A stretch of 42,997 nucleotides of DNA from Caldisericota bacterium (GTDB lineage: Bacteria; Caldisericota; Caldisericia; UBA6126): NCBI GenBank assembly GCA_003566815.1, contig PXBT01000090.1, forward strand, positions 1 through 42,997, read 5' to 3'. Under the pieces are notes generated by a model that saw only the letters and a program-made list of their open reading frames with translations, was not told the origin of the DNA and ran no database searches. Below, one piece after another: positions 1-6,605 of this stretch (position 1 is its first letter; each line of letters starts with the position of its first letter). The translations under genes and the position numbers were made by a program.

Positions 1-650
1 ATTGTGCTTTGTTTGTTAAAATATAGCCATTCGTACAGTGCGAAGCTCAAGTAAGCTTTTCCACAGCCAAAATCGCTTATCATAAAAGGTTGAGGAAGAT
101 TTGCTGGTAAAACATCGATTATGATCTCGAGAAATCGATTGATTTGTGTAAACTTATTCCAGCCCTTGTCAAAAACCTTTCCTTTATTGTTCATGATTTT
201 CAAAGCAACAAGGGATCGTGAAACTTTGCCTTCAGGGAGTGGGTATGATTTAGCTCGATTATGATCCCACTGGGGTTGTTTTTGTTCTTTGATAAAAGTC
301 TTCATTTTCCAGCCTTGTTTTGATTTTTTCAGCAATAATTCTTCTTTTACTCTTCGGATAGTAATTTGCTGAAAACCAACATTCATGCAATCAATAATAG
401 CTTGCTTTCCGTCGTGCAAGGGCTTATTATAGTGTCCTACTTTTTTATCAAAAAATTCAGTAAATTGAAAACCTATGGCTCCTTTTATTTTTAAGGGTTC
501 AAGTTTAATTTTCTTTGGATTCAATGAAGCATTACAATAAAAAACTGCAAAAATAAGCTGATTTTGGACTAAATCATTAATTAACCCATCAGCCACTTCA
601 GTGGAAGTTAATGTTTTGCTATCCTGAACCTCTTTATCATTGTTTTTCAT
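1..650 (-). CDS. SAM-dependent methyltransferase (Methyltransf_32-like), partial: N-terminal ~216 aa present, C-terminus beyond the left window edge
   Basis: Absent from the ORF track because it runs off the edge. Manual minus-strand translation from the ATG at 650-648 gives MKNNDKEVQDSKTL...WDHNRAKSYPLPEGK...FTQINRFLEIIIDVLPANLPQPFMISDFGCGKAYLSFALYEW with no stop. DFGCGKAYL is a SAM-binding motif-I loop. Confidence 0.6.
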   Translation of the reverse strand, partial: MKNNDKEVQDSKTLTSTEVADGLINDLVQNQLIFAVFYCNASLNPKKIKLEPLKIKGAIGFQFTEFFDKKVGHYNKPLHDGKQAIIDCMNVGFQQITIRRVKEELLLKKSKQGWKMKTFIKEQKQPQWDHNRAKSYPLPEGKVSRSLVALKIMNNKGKVFDKGWNKFTQINRFLEIIIDVLPANLPQPFMISDFGCGKAYLSFALYEWLYFNKQST

Positions 651-724
651 GGCTTATTATTGTACTTCTCTGTGGTTTTTTATACAAGACTAAAGCTTTT
701 TCCTGTTAGGGGGATGTCCCTTAT

Positions 725-752
725 TTGTCAAAAGAAAAATGTTGCATATAAT
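725..752 (+). promoter_or_regulatory. Putative sigma70-type promoter for the riboswitch-thiXYZ transcript
   Basis: TTGTCA (725-730), 16-nt spacer, TATAAT (747-752), about 20 nt upstream of the riboswitch aptamer. Confidence 0.45.
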
Positions 753-774
753 GAAGAAGATTGATAATTTTTTA

Positions 775-861
775 GTTTGGGGAGCTGTGAAAACGGCTGA
801 GAGGGATGAAACTCCGACCCTGAAACCTGATCTGGATAATGCCAGCGGAGGGAAATGCAAA
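775..861 (+). promoter_or_regulatory. TPP (thiamine pyrophosphate) riboswitch, THI-box; boundaries approximate
   Basis: GGGGAGC...GGCTGAGAGGGATGAAACTCCGACCCTGAAACCTGATCTGGATAATGCCAGCGGAGGGAA matches the conserved THI-box core (CUGAGA ... ACCC..GAACCUGAUCUGGAUAAUGCCAGCGnAGGGA). It lies directly upstream of a thiamine-precursor ABC operon. Confidence 0.85.
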
Positions 862-1695
862 ATGCCTCGCAATAGTCTGTCATCCCAAAATGTTGACAGC
901 TTTTTTGTTTTAAAAGGAAAAATTCGAATACCTGCCAGTATCGCTGTGTCATTGTTTTTGCTTATAGCCTGGGAGGTAATAGTGGGATTTTTTCAGATTC
1001 CACACTGGCTCCTTCCTTCGCCAAGTCGTATCCTCGGGACACTGTATCAACAGCGTATCATATTGCTCGGACACACTCTGACCACTCTTGCTGAAACTCT
1101 CTCTGGATTCAGTCTTGCAATTATCTTTTCCATAATGCTGGCCTTATTGATGGATGCTTCAACTTTTTTGCGAAAAAGTTTGTACCCTCTGATCATCATT
1201 AGTCAGACCATACCCATTATTACCATTGCTCCTCTTTTGGTGATATGGCTGGGTTTTGGAATGGCTCCAAAAATTCTGATTGTCATGTTGATTTGCTTTT
1301 TTCCTATTAGTATGAATCTAATTCATGGTTTTTCCATGGTGGATAAGGATTACCTGGACTTGATGAAAACCATGGGAGCTACACGCAGACAAACTTTTTT
1401 TCATCTAAAGGTTCCATTTGTTATGCCTTCATTTTTTTCAGGGCTTAAAATAGCTGCCACTTATAGTATCATGGGTGCAGTTATTGCGGAGTGGTTAGGC
1501 GCAAAAGCCGGTTTGGGAGAATATATGCGACGCACCCTGCATACTTTTTCCATCGAAAGGACCTTTGCTGCAATAGTTATTGTGGTAGCTTTAAGCCTTA
1601 TTATGGTCAAAATCATCCATCTAGCTGAATTCATCGCAATCCCCTGGTTCCGTCCGTCAAGGAAAACAAATTTTAAAAAGGAGAATAAGAAATGA
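862..1695 (+). CDS. thiX: ABC transporter permease, ThiX-type (HMP/formylaminopyrimidine uptake)
   Basis: The in-frame ATG at 862 lies 9 nt after GGAGGG (847-852). The ORF-track start at 739 would translate through the riboswitch. It is a multi-pass membrane protein and the first gene of a permease / NMT1-THI5-like binding protein / ATPase trio. Confidence 0.75.
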   Translation: MPRNSLSSQNVDSFFVLKGKIRIPASIAVSLFLLIAWEVIVGFFQIPHWLLPSPSRILGTLYQQRIILLGHTLTTLAETLSGFSLAIIFSIMLALLMDASTFLRKSLYPLIIISQTIPIITIAPLLVIWLGFGMAPKILIVMLICFFPISMNLIHGFSMVDKDYLDLMKTMGATRRQTFFHLKVPFVMPSFFSGLKIAATYSIMGAVIAEWLGAKAGLGEYMRRTLHTFSIERTFAAIVIVVALSLIMVKIIHLAEFIAIPWFRPSRKTNFKKENKK

Positions 1696-2669
1696 AGAAA
1701 TGTTTAAGTTTTTTATTGGCTATCTTTTTACTTTTCAGCTTATCGGCTTGTGCTCAACAGCAAGAGGAAAAGCTTGAAAAAATAACCTTACTGCTGGATT
1801 GGACTCCCAACACCAATCACACAGGTCTTTATTGTGCTCAATCATTAGGTTACTTTGAAGAGGAAGGACTTGAAGTCGAGATCATCCTGGCTCAGGAAGG
1901 TGGAACTTCAGCCATGGTTTCCAGTGGAAGAGCACCCTTTGGAGTCAGCTACCAGGAAGAAGTAACATATGCCCGTTCCGAAGGGTTGCCTGTTGTTGCT
2001 GTTGCAGCCATCATTCAGCATAACACTTCAGGCTTTGCTGCGCCAAAAGATCGTCAAATCAAGACACCAGCAGATTTTCAAGGAAAAAGATATGGCGGAT
2101 GGGGTTCTCCAGTGGAAAGTGCTATGCTGAAAACTATTATTGAGCAATATGAGGGAGATTTCAATAAGGTTGAAATGTTGACCACAGGAGCAGCAGATTT
2201 CTTATCCGCGGCTCAAAAAGATATGATCGACTTTGCCTGGATTTATTATGGATGGGATGGAGTTGCCGCTGAATTGCGCGGAGTTCCATTAACTTTCTTC
2301 CTGCTTCAGGAGGAGGATTACCGATTGGATTTCTACACCCCTGTGCTAATCACTTCTGAAGAAAAAGCCCAAAACGATCCTTCCCTGGTGCAACGATTTT
2401 TGCGAGCTGTAAGCAAGGGATATGAATATGCTATCAACAACCCGGATGATGCTGCAGAAGTTTTGTTGAAAGCAGTTCCTGAACTTGATCGGGAATTAAT
2501 TTTTGCCAGTCAGCGTTACCTAAGCCCCAGGTACCAGGATAGTGCTCCACAGTGGGGCCACATGAGAGCTGAAGTATGGGAAAATCATACCCAATGGTTG
2601 ATTGAAAATGACTTGCTTGCTCAGGACATTGACATTTCCAAAGCCTGGACCAATGAGTTTTTGCCTTAA
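1692..2669 (+). CDS. thiY: Substrate-binding lipoprotein, NMT1/THI5-like (ThiY-type pyrimidine-precursor binding protein)
   Basis: Signal peptide with lipobox LSAC. LDWTPNTNHTGLY... resembles NMT1/THI5-like binding proteins. The ATG overlaps the thiX stop (ATGA at 1692-1695). Confidence 0.75.
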   Translation: MKKCLSFLLAIFLLFSLSACAQQQEEKLEKITLLLDWTPNTNHTGLYCAQSLGYFEEEGLEVEIILAQEGGTSAMVSSGRAPFGVSYQEEVTYARSEGLPVVAVAAIIQHNTSGFAAPKDRQIKTPADFQGKRYGGWGSPVESAMLKTIIEQYEGDFNKVEMLTTGAADFLSAAQKDMIDFAWIYYGWDGVAAELRGVPLTFFLLQEEDYRLDFYTPVLITSEEKAQNDPSLVQRFLRAVSKGYEYAINNPDDAAEVLLKAVPELDRELIFASQRYLSPRYQDSAPQWGHMRAEVWENHTQWLIENDLLAQDIDISKAWTNEFLP

Positions 2670-3409
2670 TGAATAAACTGGTTGCAGAGGGCATTGATAA
2701 AAATCTGGATGGATTGGATATCCTTCAAAATATATCGATAAAAGTGCCCTCTGATACCATAGCCACCATGATTGGCCCCAGCGGTTGCGGTAAAAGCACT
2801 TTTTTTCATATCATATCTGGCATTCTCTGTCCTGACAAAGGCAAAATCAGCATCGATGGGAAAGATTATACCGGGAAAACAGGAAGGATAGGTTATTTAC
2901 AGCAAAAAGATTGTCTGTTTCCATGGAAATCAGTGTTGAAAAATGTAATTCTCCCTTTGGAATTAAAAAGAATGGATTCTAATGAAGCTCACAGCATGGG
3001 CAAAAAATATCTTACCAAATTTGGACTTGGCGGCTTTGATCATTACTATCCTTTTGAACTATCAGGCGGCATGAGACAAAGAGCTGCGCTACTTCGAACC
3101 TACCTCTTTCAAAGTGATATTTTACTCCTGGATGAACCCTTTGCTCAGCTGGATGCTATCACAAGAAAAAATATGCAGGAATGGTTGTTAAAAATAAAAA
3201 ATGAATTTCATTTGACTATCCTCATGATTACTCATGATATTGAAGAAGCTGTCTTTCTATCCGATCAAATTATTGTTTTTTCTGCTTTACCTGGTCGAAT
3301 CCTGGCTCAATATCATCCCTCTCTGCCCAAAGATCGCACCCTAAAATACCTTGCTTCACATGATTTTACCTATTGGAAAGAAAAAATCATGAATGATCTT
3401 CTATTATAA
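2669..3409 (+). CDS. thiZ: ABC transporter ATP-binding protein (ThiZ-type)
   Basis: Walker A GPSGCGKST, ABC signature LSGGMRQR, Walker B LLLDEP, H-loop ITHD. The start overlaps the thiY stop (TAATG). Confidence 0.85.
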   Translation: MNKLVAEGIDKNLDGLDILQNISIKVPSDTIATMIGPSGCGKSTFFHIISGILCPDKGKISIDGKDYTGKTGRIGYLQQKDCLFPWKSVLKNVILPLELKRMDSNEAHSMGKKYLTKFGLGGFDHYYPFELSGGMRQRAALLRTYLFQSDILLLDEPFAQLDAITRKNMQEWLLKIKNEFHLTILMITHDIEEAVFLSDQIIVFSALPGRILAQYHPSLPKDRTLKYLASHDFTYWKEKIMNDLLL

Positions 3410-3459
3410 ACAACTGTATGATACAAAGGGGACTGTCCCTAATGTATCAAACGGATGTT

Positions 3460-4185
3460 TTATATGATATAGGTGACATAAACTTTCCAAAGGGTATAGA
3501 TTGCTGCAATAAGAACAAGGATTCCACAGGCAATTTTGACAATTTTTGCACCTCTTGAGGCTTCCGTCCAATTAAGGTAGCGTTGTACCAATTTGGTGAA
3601 GGTGCCTGCCAGCACAATTATACCCACATATCCCAAAGCATAAGAAGCCATAACGATTATCGCCAGCATTAAATTGTCGCCTGCAGATTGAAAAGCTACT
3701 ACCAATACAGGCCCCATAAACGCAAAGGTGCAAGGCCCCAATCCTATGCCTATGAGCAACCCCATTAAAAGAGTCCCCCAGTGATTTGCCTTGACATTTT
3801 TTCCTTTTTCTACTGCTCCTGAGGTGTTGCACCAATTCAAGTTGATGACGCCCATTAAATTTAATCCAAAAAAGATCAAAACTGCCGCAAGAATTAAATC
3901 TCCCCAAATACCAAGATTTCCTGCCATAATACCTAAAGATACAGTAATAAATCCTATAATAATAATAGAAATCAAAATCCCTGAAGAAAAAATAAGAGAG
4001 GTATGAAAAGCATTTTTGGTGGTTTGGGTTCCTCTGGATCCTATATATCCTATAATTAATGGAATCGCTGCCAAATGACAGGGACTAAGAACAACGGTAA
4101 AAATACCCCAAATAAAAGACCCTATGATAGCAAAAAATAATGAACCACCTATCCACTGGTTAATTTGTTGAATAAAATGTTCCAA
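3460..4185 (-). CDS. ccdA: CcdA/DsbD-core family transmembrane thiol-disulfide electron transporter
   Basis: Polytopic membrane protein with the two conserved membrane cysteines (SPCHLAAIPL and GLGPCTFAF). The TTG start lies 8 nt downstream of a G8 run on the coding strand. Confidence 0.75.
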   Translation of the reverse strand: MEHFIQQINQWIGGSLFFAIIGSFIWGIFTVVLSPCHLAAIPLIIGYIGSRGTQTTKNAFHTSLIFSSGILISIIIIGFITVSLGIMAGNLGIWGDLILAAVLIFFGLNLMGVINLNWCNTSGAVEKGKNVKANHWGTLLMGLLIGIGLGPCTFAFMGPVLVVAFQSAGDNLMLAIIVMASYALGYVGIIVLAGTFTKLVQRYLNWTEASRGAKIVKIACGILVLIAAIYTLWKVYVTYII

Positions 4186-4214
4186 AATATGAGCCCCCCC
4201 CTACAAAACTTTAA

Positions 4215-4604
4215 CTATAAATCGATTCCCAGTTCTGCAAATTTCTTAACAATGTCTTCCTTGGAAATAAAACCAAGATGTCTGTCAAGCTCAACTCCAT
4301 CTTCATCAAAGAAAATTTGGGCAGGGATCATGCTGACCCCATAATATCTTGCTCTGTCCTGGTTTCTCATGACATCAATCTTGTCAACATACAGGACACC
4401 TTCATACTTTTGTTCCAGGGCTTCCAGCTCTGGCTCCATCATTCTGCATGGAGCACACAATCTGGAACCCAAAGTAACCAGCTTGGGGATACCCAAAGCC
4501 TCATCGACAATTGCTGTTTTTTCTCTACTAACGCAGCCTGCTACTGTCCAAGCTATCAAAAGGGAAAGAGTGCAAACAAGGGTCAACTTAACAATTTTTT
4601 TCAT
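4215..4604 (-). CDS. Thioredoxin-fold lipoprotein (TlpA/ResA-like, extracytoplasmic)
   Basis: Signal peptide plus lipobox VAGC. Active site LCAPC. cis-Pro loop SMIPAQ. Confidence 0.75.
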   Translation of the reverse strand: MKKIVKLTLVCTLSLLIAWTVAGCVSREKTAIVDEALGIPKLVTLGSRLCAPCRMMEPELEALEQKYEGVLYVDKIDVMRNQDRARYYGVSMIPAQIFFDEDGVELDRHLGFISKEDIVKKFAELGIDL

Positions 4605-4626
4605 TTTGAACCATCCTTGACTTTTC

Positions 4627-4863
4627 TCATGCTTTGCTCAAAAATTGTTTTACATCATTTACATTGAGTACTTTTCCTGCAGAGACCACTTTTCCGTCAA
4701 CCACCAGACCCGGGGTGGTCATAACCCCAAAGCCAACTATTTCAGATAGTTCTGTTACTTTCTCAATCTCAGCCTGGATGCCCAATTCTTTTACAGCAAT
4801 TTGTACACTTTCCATTAACATTTTGCACTTGGGGCAACCAACACCTAAAACTTGAATTTTCAT
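4627..4863 (-). CDS. Small thioredoxin-family protein (Trx_3 / redox-active disulfide protein 2 type)
   Basis: MKIQVLGVGCPKCKML...GVMTTPGLVVDGKVV is the characteristic 78-aa layout with a GCPKC active site. It sits directly downstream of a COG0701 permease, a common pairing. Confidence 0.8.
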   Translation of the reverse strand: MKIQVLGVGCPKCKMLMESVQIAVKELGIQAEIEKVTELSEIVGFGVMTTPGLVVDGKVVSAGKVLNVNDVKQFLSKA

Positions 4864-4889
4864 ATTTCACCTCCAAATACGATACAAAA

Positions 4890-6014
4890 CTAATAGGGTA
4901 AAGCTCCATATATTAAACCTGCTACCATAGAAAATGTTACCACCAATAAAATATATGCAAGAGTTTTTTTCAATCCCAAAACTCGATGAATGACCAGCAT
5001 GGCAGGCAAACTCAGTGATGGCCCAGCCAGTAGGAGAGCAAGCGCAGGACCTTTGTGCATTCCTTTTTCCATAAGCCCCTGCATGATAGGAATTTCGGTC
5101 ATGGTGGAAAAATACATGAAAGCTCCAAAGATTGATCCTATAAAATTGCCTTGCAAGGTATTGCTACCCACTATACCTTCAATCAGGGATTCGGGTAAAA
5201 AAGGCATTATAAAGCCTGCAACGGTAACACCAATTAATAAGGTGGGAAAAAGAATTTTAGTCAAAGTCCATGTCTCGGAAAGCCATTCTCTGGAAGTAGA
5301 ACGCTGAAATTTGAAAATAGCTATTGCAGCAACGATCAAAGCCAATAAAACCATTAAAGTATATTTATAAAGCACATATTGAGGTTCAACTTTAAAACCA
5401 TTAATCACTAAAATACCAACCAAAGCGGCAAAGAAAACAGCCATGGCACCTTTGGAAACAACGACATCACCGCTGTCACCCATAAATAACCCGCCACCTT
5501 CCACTTTTTCCTTGAAACTCCAATGCATTATCAAACCAATAATTATTGACATCACTATCGCAAAAAGAATTCGTGCTATTCCAATGGAGAAACCAAGCAC
5601 AGAAATGGTAAGAAAGATGGCAGCAATATTGATAGCAGGGCCGGAAAAAAGAAAGGTTACTGCTGGCCCAAGCCCGGCACCTCTTTTTCTAATGCCAGCA
5701 AAAAGAGGCAATATGGTACAGGAGCAAACTGCCAATATAGCTCCGGACACTGATGCAATGGAGTAAGCTATCCACTTTTTACTGGTAGGCCCAAGATAAG
5801 AAAGCACCACCTCTTTTTTGATTAATACTCCGATAGCTCCAGCTATAAAAAAAGCGGGGATCAGGCAAGTGATAACATGTTCGCGAGCATAGTCGTTGAG
5901 CCAGTATAATGCAGAATAAACAGCTTCCATGAATAAAGTTTTTTCCAATGGCATAAAGAAAGCAAAAAGAAAAAACAATAATAGTAGCATAAACTGCTTC
6001 ATATCTTTGTTCAT
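4890..6014 (-). CDS. COG0701/ArsP-like permease with vicinal cysteine pair
   Basis: Multi-TM protein. AVCSCTILPLFAGIRKRGAGLGPAVTFLFSGPAINI resembles the CSC-containing motif of ArsP-type permeases. Confidence 0.7.
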   Translation of the reverse strand: MNKDMKQFMLLLLFFLFAFFMPLEKTLFMEAVYSALYWLNDYAREHVITCLIPAFFIAGAIGVLIKKEVVLSYLGPTSKKWIAYSIASVSGAILAVCSCTILPLFAGIRKRGAGLGPAVTFLFSGPAINIAAIFLTISVLGFSIGIARILFAIVMSIIIGLIMHWSFKEKVEGGGLFMGDSGDVVVSKGAMAVFFAALVGILVINGFKVEPQYVLYKYTLMVLLALIVAAIAIFKFQRSTSREWLSETWTLTKILFPTLLIGVTVAGFIMPFLPESLIEGIVGSNTLQGNFIGSIFGAFMYFSTMTEIPIMQGLMEKGMHKGPALALLLAGPSLSLPAMLVIHRVLGLKKTLAYILLVVTFSMVAGLIYGALPY

Positions 6015-6037
6015 CTATCGAATCCTCGGTTTCATCC

Positions 6038-6061
6038 TTATATAATATTAATATTATATAA
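6038..6061. repeat. 24-bp perfect palindrome TTATATAATATTAATATTATATAA; candidate operator overlapping the promoter of the permease operon
   Basis: I checked the reverse complement base by base. It is perfect over 6038-6061 and breaks at 6037/6062. It lies in the only sizeable gap (6015-6110) of the minus-strand array, 24 nt upstream of the permease ATG, and contains TATAAT in both orientations. Confidence 0.6.
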
Positions 6062-6110
6062 CGATTCTTTTATATTACAAGCAATAAAGAAGACAAATCA
6101 AAGAAGGCAC

Positions 6111-6605
6111 TTAAGGCTTAATTCCCAATTGAGCCAAAAACTCTTTAATCTCCCGCCTGGGCCATAACCCTTCTTTCCTATGCAACTCTCTGCCCATACC
6201 ATCTCTAACAATGATAGTGGGAATAGTGGTAATCCCCAGCTGTTTCTCAACATCAGGGTATTCTTCAAGGTCCAGGATATTAAAAATCACTTGATCCTTA
6301 TATTCATTTTTTAACTCTCGTGTGATTTCATGCATTGCTACACACTCTACACAATCATTTCTACCTATATCCAATATCCACAACTTTCCAAGCTTAGCTT
6401 CATCCCACTTCCATTCTTGCTCTTCAGCTCTTGTTCTGGCCTGGTGAGCTGGAACTCTCTCAGTTGGAGGAGGGGGTGATGGCTCTTGAACAATTAAGGC
6501 TCCTGTTTTGCTTAAAAAAAGAAAAACTCCCGTAAGCCCCAAAATCATAACAGCAAGGACTATAAAAGGCATCCACTTTTGGATTTTTTTCTTCTTTTGT
6601 TTCAT
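6111..6605 (-). CDS. Membrane-anchored thioredoxin-fold protein (extracytoplasmic domain predicted)
   Basis: N-terminal K-rich segment plus one TM helix (WMPFIVLAVMILGLTGVFLFL). Pro-rich linker. Trx fold with NDCVEC and cis-Pro TTIPT. Paralogous to the 4215-4604 protein. The ATG overlaps the ATPase stop (ATGA at 6602-6605). Confidence 0.7.
   Translation of the reverse strand: MKQKKKKIQKWMPFIVLAVMILGLTGVFLFLSKTGALIVQEPSPPPPTERVPAHQARTRAEEQEWKWDEAKLGKLWILDIGRNDCVECVAMHEITRELKNEYKDQVIFNILDLEEYPDVEKQLGITTIPTIIVRDGMGRELHRKEGLWPRREIKEFLAQLGIKP

Noticed and set aside
739-861. N-terminal 41 codons of the 739-1695 ORF, plus the minus-strand ORFs 690-872 and 728-952
   Set aside because: This stretch is the TPP riboswitch aptamer and its leader. 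The in-frame ATG at 862 has an SD and begins the hydrophobic permease. The small antisense ORFs have no coding support.
3427-3440. Possible terminator hairpin AGGGGACTGTCCCT between the convergent thiZ and ccdA genes
   Set aside because: At most 4-5 bp can pair once a sterically possible loop is allowed. There is no flanking T-tract on either strand. This is too weak to call.
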